From Fervidicoccaceae archaeon (GTDB lineage: Archaea; Thermoproteota; Thermoprotei_A; Sulfolobales; Fervidicoccaceae), in NCBI GenBank assembly GCA_038734945.1, contig JAVYOA010000009.1, positions 496,001-536,354 on the forward strand: DNA of 40,354 bases. The letters are read 5' to 3'. Position 1 is the stretch's first letter; every line of letters begins with the position of its first letter. Below are positions 28,431 to 37,708 of this stretch, piece after piece. The notes beneath the pieces were generated by a model. That model was not told the origin of the DNA and made no database searches. It saw only the letters and a list, made by a program, of their open reading frames with translations. The translations under genes and the position numbers were made by a program.

Positions 28431-29087
28431 ATGCACAGCATTGTTGATTCTCTCTTCTCCCCAAGCAGGAGAAGAAGAGTGGATCCGATCTTTATGCTAT
28501 CAGCCAGCATCATCTATTCCATAGCAATTTTTCTCCTTCCATTAAAATGGCTGATCATCGTTTCTTCCTCATCATTGATTCTTCCGCTGCTCTCTGGTGC
28601 TTCTATATCTGCAACTCTCATAGCAACACTTTTCCCCTCATTTGTCTATGTTCTTTTGGGTTCATCGATTCAGCTGTTCGCGCTAAAAAGCATTGAGATT
28701 TCCTATTTGTATTTGAACTTTTTCAGATTGCTTGCTCTGAGCTCATTTTCCATTTTCTATATAAAGCTCTCAGATATACCAAGAACAATCAGAGGGCTTT
28801 CAAGATTGTCGAGGGAAATCGCACTGTCTACTGCAATGTCAATTAAGCTGATATATGAGGGCAGCTGGCTCATGGCTGAGCTCTATGAACTTGAAAAAAT
28901 AAATAATCAATTCGAGAGAAGTCTGAGAGTGAGGGCAGGAGGACTGTTGCAATTCTCAAGGGCTCTGCTCTTCAACCTCCTCAATAGTGCAATCTTTTCA
29001 ATGGAGGCGGCAGCATCCCTTTTTCCTAAATTATTTGAAGAGGCAGGTCGAGCAAAAGATGAGCAAGCTATCGAGGACAAACATTGA
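28431..29087 (+). CDS. Putative ECF transmembrane T component (divergent)
   Basis: N-terminal VDP, hydrophobic helices and position in the bioY-ATPase operon. Confidence 0.65.
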   Translation: MHSIVDSLFSPSRRRRVDPIFMLSASIIYSIAIFLLPLKWLIIVSSSSLILPLLSGASISATLIATLFPSFVYVLLGSSIQLFALKSIEISYLYLNFFRLLALSSFSIFYIKLSDIPRTIRGLSRLSREIALSTAMSIKLIYEGSWLMAELYELEKINNQFERSLRVRAGGLLQFSRALLFNLLNSAIFSMEAAASLFPKLFEEAGRAKDEQAIEDKH

Positions 29088-30024
29088 GATTTTCAAACTG
29101 CTCCTAGAAAGGGGCAAACTATCGGGGGAGGCCTTGTCTAGAGAGCTCGGGATATCTAGAGCTACAGTGAGCCGAAGGGTTAAGGAGCTAAATGAAAACG
29201 GCTTTTTCATCAATGCGGATGATGAGGGCTACTCTGTCCCCTCCAATGAATTGCTATTGTTCCTAAATAATTTCCTTGGAAAAATGAGGGCTTCTCTTCA
29301 ATACAGGGCTGTGCTCCTCGATTCATGCGACAGCTCACAGGACCTTGCAGAGGATATGGCAAGAAGAGGTGCTGAGGAAGGAAGCTTCGTGATTTGTGGA
29401 GAAATAAAGAGCGCAAGAGGCAGGCTTGGGAGAAGGTGGATCGCGAATCGAGGAGGACTATGGCTCTCCCTCATTCTGAAGCCAGGCTTCATCGAGGGTA
29501 TACATCTAATTTCACTAGCGCTTGGAGTTTCCTTTGCCCAGGGGATAGAGGAAGTGCTTGGAGTGTCGCCCAAGCTTAAATGGCCCAATGATATAATGAT
29601 AGCAGAAAGGAAAGTTGGAGGCATTCTGGTTGAAGCAAAGGTGGATCCTGATGGTTTTGCTTATGCAATTGCTGGCGTGGGAATAAACGTTAACAATGAT
29701 ATAGAACCCTTTTTGAAGCAAGAGGCAGCCTCCCTTAAGAACATTGTAGGGAGGGAAGTACCAATTATTCCCCTATTGGGAAGATCTCTCTATCTATTCA
29801 GCCAGAAATATGAGAATCTGAAGGCTAAGAGGACCCAGGAAATTATTCTCCAATGGAAAGCAATGTCCATGACATTGGGAAGGAGAGTGAAAGCCATTTT
29901 CAAGCCAGACGATGCTAAGGAAGGGATAGCTGTTGACATCGCTTCAGATGGCTCTCTCATTCTTCAGCTGGACAGTGGTGAGAAGGTGAGAATCTATGCA
30001 GGAGACATTGTACATCTTAGGTAA
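29059..30024 (+). CDS. birA: Biotin--protein ligase with N-terminal HTH (class II BirA)
   Basis: HTH SGEALSRELGISRATV; ARGRLGRRW, KWPND, KVGGIL, GIN and AGDI motifs. Start set at ATG 29059 (track gives 28987). Confidence 0.93.
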   Translation: MSKLSRTNIEIFKLLLERGKLSGEALSRELGISRATVSRRVKELNENGFFINADDEGYSVPSNELLLFLNNFLGKMRASLQYRAVLLDSCDSSQDLAEDMARRGAEEGSFVICGEIKSARGRLGRRWIANRGGLWLSLILKPGFIEGIHLISLALGVSFAQGIEEVLGVSPKLKWPNDIMIAERKVGGILVEAKVDPDGFAYAIAGVGINVNNDIEPFLKQEAASLKNIVGREVPIIPLLGRSLYLFSQKYENLKAKRTQEIILQWKAMSMTLGRRVKAIFKPDDAKEGIAVDIASDGSLILQLDSGEKVRIYAGDIVHLR

Positions 30025-30063
30025 TCTGAGAATATTTTCAATGTGGGGAGAGGACCAATAGAT

Positions 30064-30996
30064 TCACTTCTCTGACGTATAGGTTATCACTTCCTTGTCC
30101 AAAATTAGAAAGCTCTCCTCTGCTTGAGCGACCTGAGAACCGCTTATCTCGATCAGAACTGGATACTGCTGGGCAGCTCCATTTCTCAACAACTCAGAAA
30201 CTGCGTTTCTGAAGATATGAAAGTTCTGCTCCGATGCATACCATCTCTCAGAAAAGGGCAGCTCCTCTCTCTCCTGGTAAATTCTCTCATATATGCTCCT
30301 CGATTCATTGCTGATGCTCTTCAGCTTTTTTGGAGGAACGCTCTTCAATGAGTAGATCCCTATAACTTTTCCATCAACTACGTAGCCTTTCCCCTTGGTG
30401 GAAAAAGGTTCGATAGCTACTGCAGAGTTGGAATTTATGCTTCCTCTAATTCCAAAAGATGAAACGTTTGGAATGCTAAGCCCCGTGTGCAGCTTGAATC
30501 TCTCCAGCCCATGACCCGTGAGGTTTCTTATGGGAGTAGCTCCATAGCTCCTGATTACCCTCTCTATTGTTTCTCCTATCAAAGATAGCTTCACTCCAGG
30601 ATGCAGTATTTCCCTAACCCTCTCAACAGCCTCTTGAGCAGCCTTGATTAGATCCTCATTCTCTCCATCGAGATCAATGCTTATAGCAGTATCTGCTATA
30701 TAGCCGTTGACGTGCACACCAATATCAATTTTCAGAATTCCCCCCGCCTCCAGAACTTCCTTGCTGTCGAGTAGGGGAGAGTAGTGCGCAGCAATTGAGC
30801 CAATGCTTAGATTCACTGGAAAGGCTAGGGATCCGCCAAGCTCTCTGATGATGCCCTCTATTTCCTGGGCCAGGGAAAAAAGGCTCACTCCTTTTCTCAC
30901 CAGCCCTCTGGCCCTCCTCTTCACCTCGCTGGCTATTTTACCTGCTTTGAGATAAGCATTAATTACCTCTGGAGCTAACGATGTCAAGATGAACAC
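30064..30996 (-). CDS. map: Methionine aminopeptidase, type II
   Basis: AFPVN, AAHY, KIDIGVHVNGYIAD, NLTGH and AIEPF. Start may be TTG at 30987. Confidence 0.96.
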   Translation of the reverse strand: MFILTSLAPEVINAYLKAGKIASEVKRRARGLVRKGVSLFSLAQEIEGIIRELGGSLAFPVNLSIGSIAAHYSPLLDSKEVLEAGGILKIDIGVHVNGYIADTAISIDLDGENEDLIKAAQEAVERVREILHPGVKLSLIGETIERVIRSYGATPIRNLTGHGLERFKLHTGLSIPNVSSFGIRGSINSNSAVAIEPFSTKGKGYVVDGKVIGIYSLKSVPPKKLKSISNESRSIYERIYQEREELPFSERWYASEQNFHIFRNAVSELLRNGAAQQYPVLIEISGSQVAQAEESFLILDKEVITYTSEK

Positions 30997-31064
30997 CTGT
31001 CACCAGTAGAATGAATAAGAACAGAGAAAATAAATAGTTTAACGCAGATGAGGTAGTCCGCATA

Positions 31065-32039
31065 ATGAAATTGAATCCATGGCTACTGGTAGCGGTTAGC
31101 TTACTAATAGTTGCAGCAATATATGCAGCATATCTGGAGATACTGGAGATCAATATTCTACAGGCAATGAGGAACAACTTGCTGGGAATATTCATATCCG
31201 CAGCATTTATGCTTGTGGCAGAGATAGTGAAATCAATTCGCTCACTCATAATTTTTAGAAAAATAGGTTATAGAGTAAAATTCAAGAACATTCTGATATC
31301 GCGATTTGTTGGAAACTTCATGGGAATTGTTACTCCATCGAGCTTTGCCTCCGAGCCAGGAAGGGTCATGAGCCTGGCAATGCTTGAGGGGACCCCCATG
31401 GAGGGAATAATGGCAGCTGGAGTTCTTGAGACTTTCTACGATTCAACTTTGATAGCAATAGTAGCAGCAGGCTTCTCGCTATACAAGCTTCCTAGCTCAA
31501 TTCTGATATTGCTCTCCTCTTTCTTCATCCTTGGCCTCTGGACATTTATTTTTGCTGGCTTCGTCTTCAGAGATTCCATATTTCGCAGAGTATTTTCTTA
31601 TTTGGAGAGGAGAATGGGTGATAGAATAGTGGGCGCTTCAAGGAAAATACTAAGCCGCTATGCAGAATTTGCAGAATTCACGAAGAGCGGATTGGACCCT
31701 GAAATAAGCATTTCATCATTCCTCATAACCATACTCACTCTCCTGCTGTACTCCGCAAGCTTCCTCTCATTTACATCTGATTCCTCAGGAATGCTCTTTC
31801 AGCTAATCCATGGGGCAATTGCATATTCTTCAAGCTATACAATGCAGGTCTTTCCAACACCAGGAGGAAGCGGCTTCTTCGAATATGCTCTTTCCCTGTC
31901 ATTGAGCGCTTATACCTCTGCTCTATGGAGAATCACATATCTGATGGTGAACTTAATTCCGGCTGGATTGATCCTGATCTTCTTCGTGAAAATAAGGAGT
32001 GTTATATCCGAAAACATAAAAAAATCCATATTCAGCTAG
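31065..32039 (+). CDS. UPF0104 / lysylphosphatidylglycerol-synthase-TM family flippase-like membrane protein
   Basis: TPSSFASEP, PTPGGSGFFE and LWR motifs; multiple TM segments. Confidence 0.85.
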   Translation: MKLNPWLLVAVSLLIVAAIYAAYLEILEINILQAMRNNLLGIFISAAFMLVAEIVKSIRSLIIFRKIGYRVKFKNILISRFVGNFMGIVTPSSFASEPGRVMSLAMLEGTPMEGIMAAGVLETFYDSTLIAIVAAGFSLYKLPSSILILLSSFFILGLWTFIFAGFVFRDSIFRRVFSYLERRMGDRIVGASRKILSRYAEFAEFTKSGLDPEISISSFLITILTLLLYSASFLSFTSDSSGMLFQLIHGAIAYSSSYTMQVFPTPGGSGFFEYALSLSLSAYTSALWRITYLMVNLIPAGLILIFFVKIRSVISENIKKSIFS

Positions 32040-34047
32040 TTTCAGCAGCCTTCTCAACATTCTCATTGCCAGCTCTCTTCCTGGTTAGATAGAGAGCTAC
32101 TGCAATGAAGAACAGTGTTATGACAAGTATAATGAACAAATATCCGTCTCCAGAAACAGGCGAAGAGCCTGATGGAGAACTCGTTGGTGTGAAGTTGCTG
32201 GGTGTTGTTGTTGTAGTTGTTTGTGTGGGCTGAGTTGTGAAAGTTGATATGGGCTGAACCTGTGTGCTTCCACCATATATCTGCCCCAAAGTGAGAAGTG
32301 TTTCATAGATTCCAGCTTGTAGAGCTAGAGTGAGCGCGCTGTAAAGATAGTTGGTGTTATTTGTGGAGAGATAGTTTTTCAAATAGTTATTTGCTTGCTC
32401 ACTGTATCCTAGAACAATTGCGCTGACATAGCCCACCCTTCCCAATGTGCTGTTTATGTTAGCTAGCTCTGCACGAACTATGCTCAAGAGGTCAGTGTTG
32501 AAGAGGAGATGGGTATCGAGAGTTGCTCTGCTGACAGTAGCAACAGAATAGTATAGAGAGGCAGGATAGCTTCCAGAATAATAAGTATTGTAAGCATTAT
32601 TGAACATTGAATTCAGCGTTTGTAGGTCTGTGGAAACGTTCACCTCTGAGGCCAACGACTGATAGTATGTCAGCACAGACTTGGCGTACTGAAGATAATA
32701 ATCAGCAATATTTTTCAAATATTCTCCGCTAACAGGAGGAGAAGGCAAGTCGCCATAGGAAATCCAGTTCTGAATCGTGAACTGCGAGAGATTTGCTACA
32801 GCTAAGTCAAGGGGATCCGTGAGGACTACTCTCCATTTTCCTGAGGAATAGTCATACACTCTGTAGATGCTTTGAGCAGCAGCGCTTAGGGCGGACTGCG
32901 CATTATCCAACCTATCCATAGCAACTAAATAGCTTTCGAGCTGGGAAAATGTATTTACACTCAAGTTGTATATTCTTTCTTTCAGTGAAGAGAGAGTGCT
33001 GTTAACTGAATTGATGTAAGTTTGTATTAGATTTGGATCCACAGTTGTTTTCACATATATTATTGCTGCATTTATGGCTATATCTGCCATGTATAGAGAG
33101 CTAAGCGAACTGTAGTATTCTCCAGCACTCCACAGGTTGTTTGAGCTCTGAATGTAAAGCGAGCTCTGATTCAAATAGCTTTGGACTATGCTCTGGTCTA
33201 TGGAAGAAGCATATTTGTTGCTGAGCTCTGCCAGCTCCCCTACACTTTGATTGTAAATTTTGAGCAAACTATTTCTCCAATCGCTGAATATTTGCTTCTG
33301 CTCCAAAGTGTATGTTGCATTCGAGGGAGTTTGTGGTGGAAGAGACACATTCTCGAGGAAATAAGAAAGAGCATCCCTCAAAGTAGTAACTTGAACAACC
33401 TTCACTCCTAGGTTCTCACCCAGCTGAGAAAGATTCACAGTCCTCGTTACTGTCCTGTATATAGTACCAAATGGAGTGGACTGTGAAACGATCTGCTGCT
33501 CTGTTTCAATAAGCTGCCCTACAGGTACAAGAAAAGTCTTGTATCCAGCAGAAGCTGCAGCCTGGAGTTTATCGGACAGACCTCCTACAGGTCCTATTGT
33601 TCCATCCGGATTTATCATTCCGGTCATGGCCACCGTGCTATTGATATTTGCCCGAAGAATAGCAGCTACAACCCCAACAGTCATTACAGCGCTTGCGCTG
33701 GGCCCTCCTATTATCAGGCTGGGGGACTTCATGGAGAAGAAGTAATCATACTTTCTGTAGTCTATCCCAAGAAGGGATGCTGCCACGAGAACTGCAATCC
33801 TGGCCGAGGATTGGGTATCAAGCTGAGTGACGGGATCCGAAGAGAAGTAGACCTGACCGCTGCCTGGATAGGCAACAGTTACTGTAAGATTGGTAACTAC
33901 TCCTCCTCCTCCCGAGCTGACTGCTAAAGCAGGTAGATTAATGGATACTAGATAGTCGTAGTGAAATATTACAGGAGATGAAGCCACTGCTGAAACTGGA
34001 ATGAGAAATATTAGTAGGACTGTAAATATCGGTAAAAAAGCTCTCAA
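32032..34047 (-). CDS. Membrane-anchored Lon-like (S16, COG1750-type) serine protease without AAA+ domain
   Basis: Signal peptide; GGPSAS (Ser) and TGMINPDGTIGPVGGLSDK (Lys) dyad; Thr/Ser/Pro linker; C-terminal TM followed by a basic tail. Confidence 0.9.
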   Translation of the reverse strand: MRAFLPIFTVLLIFLIPVSAVASSPVIFHYDYLVSINLPALAVSSGGGGVVTNLTVTVAYPGSGQVYFSSDPVTQLDTQSSARIAVLVAASLLGIDYRKYDYFFSMKSPSLIIGGPSASAVMTVGVVAAILRANINSTVAMTGMINPDGTIGPVGGLSDKLQAAASAGYKTFLVPVGQLIETEQQIVSQSTPFGTIYRTVTRTVNLSQLGENLGVKVVQVTTLRDALSYFLENVSLPPQTPSNATYTLEQKQIFSDWRNSLLKIYNQSVGELAELSNKYASSIDQSIVQSYLNQSSLYIQSSNNLWSAGEYYSSLSSLYMADIAINAAIIYVKTTVDPNLIQTYINSVNSTLSSLKERIYNLSVNTFSQLESYLVAMDRLDNAQSALSAAAQSIYRVYDYSSGKWRVVLTDPLDLAVANLSQFTIQNWISYGDLPSPPVSGEYLKNIADYYLQYAKSVLTYYQSLASEVNVSTDLQTLNSMFNNAYNTYYSGSYPASLYYSVATVSRATLDTHLLFNTDLLSIVRAELANINSTLGRVGYVSAIVLGYSEQANNYLKNYLSTNNTNYLYSALTLALQAGIYETLLTLGQIYGGSTQVQPISTFTTQPTQTTTTTTPSNFTPTSSPSGSSPVSGDGYLFIILVITLFFIAVALYLTRKRAGNENVEKAAETS

Positions 34048-34054
34048 GCATTTT

Positions 34055-35050
34055 TCACCCCATTACTCTCTTTACAAATGTTTCTTCCTCTCTTATTCCA
34101 ACAATTAAATCTACCATTTTCTCCCTCTCCGATAAAAAGGCTTTCCCCCTCACAATTGCTTTCCCTCCTCTGTTCATGGCATTTGTATAGAGACCTTCAT
34201 AGGAAATCACCCTTCCCCTCATCCCATCTTCAATTTCTGATGCACCCTCTATTTTCCTCAATATTCTTATCTCGTGAATGCTGGGATAGAGGTAAGAATA
34301 GCAGGATGAGGGCTGAAGCTCAGCCAATATAGCTGCACTTCCCACACTTTTCCCCTCAATTACTTGATAGTTTCCTACCTCTTCTCTGGAAGACAGCAAT
34401 ATGAGCGAAACCCTTTTTCCCTCAAAGACGCCTCTCCTCCTCTCATCGTACATGTCCTTTAAAAGATCCTTGGATAGAGAAAGCCTCTCCGAATTCCTCT
34501 GTGCCCATAGATCCAGCTCTTTTCTCTCAAAAGACAGAATTGGGGAGGCCTCCATAAGTGCCTGCACGTTTCTGCAGCCCCTCACAGTCATGTCAATGTC
34601 GCTTATGCTTATGCTATGGATACCTGCCAAGATACTTCCAGTTACTCCTATAGCACTACTGCTTACTCCTATCTCTCTCAAAGCATCATACAGTCTTAGA
34701 GCCGTTAGTTCCAGCTCATCTGCAGCTCTTTTAAGAACTCTCCTCATTCCATCCTCCGGCTTCAACAATTTTCTTATTTCCGTATAGTCCATTATGGGAA
34801 ATATGGAGTGCAGCATGGGATCAAATGCTTTCCTTGGTGAGAGCTTAACAACAACAGGTTCATAGCTTTTGAAAATTCTTCTATAGGCAACACCGCTTTT
34901 CTCCCAATATCCCTTTCTTGATAATAAATACTTCTCTAGAACATAGCATCCTCCTCTAGGATGAAAGTAGCCTATAGCCTGTCCTATTTCAAAATTTCTT
35001 CCGATAACTATGTCGTGATCCTCGCACTCTCTATTCAGCGCGGGAAGCAA
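34055..35050 (-). CDS. Predicted nucleotidyltransferase (pol-beta superfamily, COG1665-like)
   Basis: GVTGSILAG...SDIDM (GS-DxD); N-terminal GYFHP and KY motifs. Start set at TTG 35050 to avoid a long overlap with cdd (track gives 35143). Confidence 0.78.
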   Translation of the reverse strand: MLPALNRECEDHDIVIGRNFEIGQAIGYFHPRGGCYVLEKYLLSRKGYWEKSGVAYRRIFKSYEPVVVKLSPRKAFDPMLHSIFPIMDYTEIRKLLKPEDGMRRVLKRAADELELTALRLYDALREIGVSSSAIGVTGSILAGIHSISISDIDMTVRGCRNVQALMEASPILSFERKELDLWAQRNSERLSLSKDLLKDMYDERRRGVFEGKRVSLILLSSREEVGNYQVIEGKSVGSAAILAELQPSSCYSYLYPSIHEIRILRKIEGASEIEDGMRGRVISYEGLYTNAMNRGGKAIVRGKAFLSEREKMVDLIVGIREEETFVKRVMG

Positions 35051-35054
35051 AGCT

Positions 35055-35465
35055 TCAAGCTTCCCTCCTCTCGAATGATAGAAATGCTCTGGGCAAAAGA
35101 TCCTGAAGCTTGAATCTCTCGAGCCTTCCAGCACTGTTGGCAACGATTATTTCCGATTCAATGCCAAACTCAGCAATCACCTGCCTGCATGCACCGCAGG
35201 GATAGGGGAGCTCCTTTCCCTCTGCATATACCAGAACTGCCCTGATCTTTCTCTCTCCTTCTGAAACAGCCTTGAAGACAGCAACTCTCTCTGCACACAT
35301 TGTCAGCCCGTAGCTAACATTTTCAACGTTTACCCCTCCATACATTTTTCCCGATTCAGTCAGAACCACAGCTGCCACCCTGAATTTAGAGTAAGGAGAA
35401 TAAGAATTTTCTATAATCTTCTTCGCCATGCTGAGCATTTTCTGGATTTCTTCATCGCTGGTCAC
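35055..35465 (-). CDS. cdd: Cytidine deaminase (homotetrameric type)
   Basis: YSPYSKF, NVEN, CAER and PCGACRQ. Start set at GTG 35465 after GGTGA (track gives 35495). Confidence 0.95.
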   Translation of the reverse strand: MTSDEEIQKMLSMAKKIIENSYSPYSKFRVAAVVLTESGKMYGGVNVENVSYGLTMCAERVAVFKAVSEGERKIRAVLVYAEGKELPYPCGACRQVIAEFGIESEIIVANSAGRLERFKLQDLLPRAFLSFERREA

Positions 35466-35584
35466 GAATATCACCGTATTACCATAGAGCTTCAATATAT
35501 TATATTAAATATTCGGTTTGAGACCTTTCAAAGGGGGTTATATTTAAATTTTCTTTTTTTGCATTTATACCCGGTGTTTTAGCT

Positions 35585-35980
35585 ATGGAGAGAATACAGC
35601 TCTTGAGGAGAATAGATGAGGAGGAAAACAGAAAGGAGCTAGTATATGGAAGGCACTTCTATGGAAATTTGAAGGGCTGCAATAAAGATACGCTGATGGA
35701 TGAGATGAAGCTGACATCCATAGTGAAGGAGGCCACTCGAATCGGCAATATGACCCTGCTTGACATAAAGTCATGGAAAATAGGTTTTGGTGTAACAGTT
35801 GTAGCGGTTATACTTGAGAGCCACATAACTATACACACGTGGCCAGAATTTGGTTTTGCTACAGTGGATGTTTACAGCTGCGGAGCCCACACGAGACCGA
35901 AGGAAGCCTTCGAATATATTGCCGAAAGCCTGGAAGCAAGTGAAATTGAGTTCGGAGAAGTGGATAGAAGTCTCGCATAG
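35585..35980 (+). CDS. speD: S-adenosylmethionine decarboxylase proenzyme (pyruvoyl-dependent, class 1b)
   Basis: [12 protein letters not shown] cleavage motif and [14 protein letters not shown] matches the crenarchaeal SAMDC paralog rather than the arginine decarboxylase paralog, from recall. Confidence 0.9.
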   Translation: MERIQLLRRIDEEENRKELVYGRHFYGNLKGCNKDTLMDEMKLTSIVKEATRIGNMTLLDIKSWKIGFGVTVVAVILESHITIHTWPEFGFATVDVYSCGAHTRPKEAFEYIAESLEASEIEFGEVDRSLA

Positions 35981-35988
35981 TTTTTTTT

Positions 35989-36678
35989 GTGGTTTATATG
36001 CTCAAAAAATCCCAAGTTCCCAATACAATAACAGTTCTGAACACATTCGTAGCATCTTACGCATTGCTTCTATCATTCAGAGGAGACAATGTGCTAGCAA
36101 TCAGGCTGATTTTCATTTCTTTAGCCCTGGATGTTCTTGACGGCCTTCTAGCTAGAAAGCTGAACTCCATGAGCGAGGAGGGTGAACTGCTAGACAGAGT
36201 TACCGATAGGATATATCAAATCATTGTGCCATCACTAATTTACGTGCAATCGCAGTCTTGGTCCTTCCTATCCCAGCTCTATGCCTGCCTTATAATAACA
36301 GTGAGCTTCTGGAGATTGATAAGGAAAGTGCCCTCCAAGGACAAATTTCTCGGTCTTCCCCTTTTTGCTCACACTTTTGTTATAATTGCTGGGTACCTGA
36401 GCGGCTTTATTCCTCCCCCCTACCTTCTGTTGGCAATGGCTGCACTGAGCGCCCTTCCCATTTCCTATTTCAGAAGATTCGGAAAAGGAGAGCCCAGGGA
36501 AACAAAGGGAACTGCATGGCAGCTCAGAATGGGCATCCCCCTAATCCTAGCCTTTTCTCCGTATGGCCAACTATCTCTTTTCTTCACGGTTCTGGAAATA
36601 TTGGTTCTCCTCTATGCCTTCGCTGGATGGATCCCTCTTTCCTTAAGGAATTCCCATTTTTACAATGAAAAATCTTAA
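35989..36678 (+). CDS. CDP-alcohol phosphatidyltransferase (archaetidylserine-synthase-like)
   Basis: PNTIT, DVLDGLLAR-x8-GELLDRVTD signature and FLGLP. Confidence 0.88.
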   Translation: MVYMLKKSQVPNTITVLNTFVASYALLLSFRGDNVLAIRLIFISLALDVLDGLLARKLNSMSEEGELLDRVTDRIYQIIVPSLIYVQSQSWSFLSQLYACLIITVSFWRLIRKVPSKDKFLGLPLFAHTFVIIAGYLSGFIPPPYLLLAMAALSALPISYFRRFGKGEPRETKGTAWQLRMGIPLILAFSPYGQLSLFFTVLEILVLLYAFAGWIPLSLRNSHFYNEKS

Positions 36679-36726
36679 AAAGATACCTTGTCAATAGAAA
36701 AAGTAATCGAGCATTTATAATTAACA

Positions 36727-37695
36727 ATGCAGAGGATGGTGTTTGAAATGGAGCTGTATGCCAAGCATGGTGCTACTGAGGGAGCTCTGTCTATTCTCGA
36801 GAAGATAGAGAGCGATCTGAAGGATGCAGAGAGCTGGAGAGACTTTTCGGGAAGGCTCTTCAGACTGAGCACGGAGGCTCTCGAGAAGAGACCTACTTCA
36901 GCCCTTCTAATAAATACGCTTAGGCAGCTTCTCAAGTACGCAGTTGAGCAGCACAGCTCAGGAAGAAGCATTGATGAATTCAAAAAAGAATTCTACGGTA
37001 AGATCGATGAGGTGAGGAAGAAAACGATAGAGTCCGTGGAGAAGCTGAGCGAAATCGGGGCTAGATGGCTTCCCGAGGACTCAATATTGCTCACACACAG
37101 CTATAGCACTAGTGCTATAAGAACCATTGAAAAGGCCAACAAGCTTGGGAAAATAAAGGAAGTATATGTTACAGAGTCCAGACCTGGGAGCGAGGGTGTC
37201 TACACTGCCAGGCTTTTGGCAACTATGGGGATCAGGACAAACCTGATAGTAGATTCAGCTGTTAACTACTATATGGGGAACATCGATTTTGTTCTGCTGG
37301 GGGCTGAAGCAATAACAGCGCATGGAGCTCTTGTGAACAAGGTTGGATCAAGCCAGATAGCTCTTTCAGCATACAAGAGAAGAACGAGGGTAATAGTCCT
37401 CTCTGGAACCTATAAGTTCAGCTTTGAGACGCTTCTGGGAGATAGAATAAAAGTTCCCTTTGCCAGCCCCTCTTTGCTCGAAATTCCAAATGAAATGCTT
37501 TCTTCGGATAAAATTCGCCTCAGTGTTCCACAGATGGATGTGACTCCTCCAGAGTACATAGATGTAATAGTTACTGAGATGGGAATAACTTCTCCTGAGG
37601 GCGTGCCAATTCTGCTTTGGGAAGTATATGGAGGATGGCTTGGAAATCTTCCCGATATAAGGGATCTTCTTAATGAGCTGAAGAAAATTTCATGA
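36727..37695 (+). CDS. eIF-2B alpha/beta/delta family protein (R15P-isomerase paralog with altered catalytic residues)
   Basis: HGA, KRPTS, THSYS, ESRP, GAEAI, NKVGS and DVTPP motifs. Start may be a downstream ATG (36736 or 36748). Confidence 0.88.
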   Translation: MQRMVFEMELYAKHGATEGALSILEKIESDLKDAESWRDFSGRLFRLSTEALEKRPTSALLINTLRQLLKYAVEQHSSGRSIDEFKKEFYGKIDEVRKKTIESVEKLSEIGARWLPEDSILLTHSYSTSAIRTIEKANKLGKIKEVYVTESRPGSEGVYTARLLATMGIRTNLIVDSAVNYYMGNIDFVLLGAEAITAHGALVNKVGSSQIALSAYKRRTRVIVLSGTYKFSFETLLGDRIKVPFASPSLLEIPNEMLSSDKIRLSVPQMDVTPPEYIDVIVTEMGITSPEGVPILLWEVYGGWLGNLPDIRDLLNELKKIS

Positions 37696-37708
37696 AAGGT
37701 GCGCTGAA

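Noticed and set aside
32170..32260. GTT-rich low-complexity tract
   Set aside because: It encodes the Thr/Ser/Pro linker of the Lon-like protease and is not an independent repeat or a CRISPR array.
35585..35980. Arginine decarboxylase (SAMDC paralog)
   Set aside because: [13 protein letters not shown] and KSWKIG fit the SAM decarboxylase paralog better, from recall of the two crenarchaeal paralogs.
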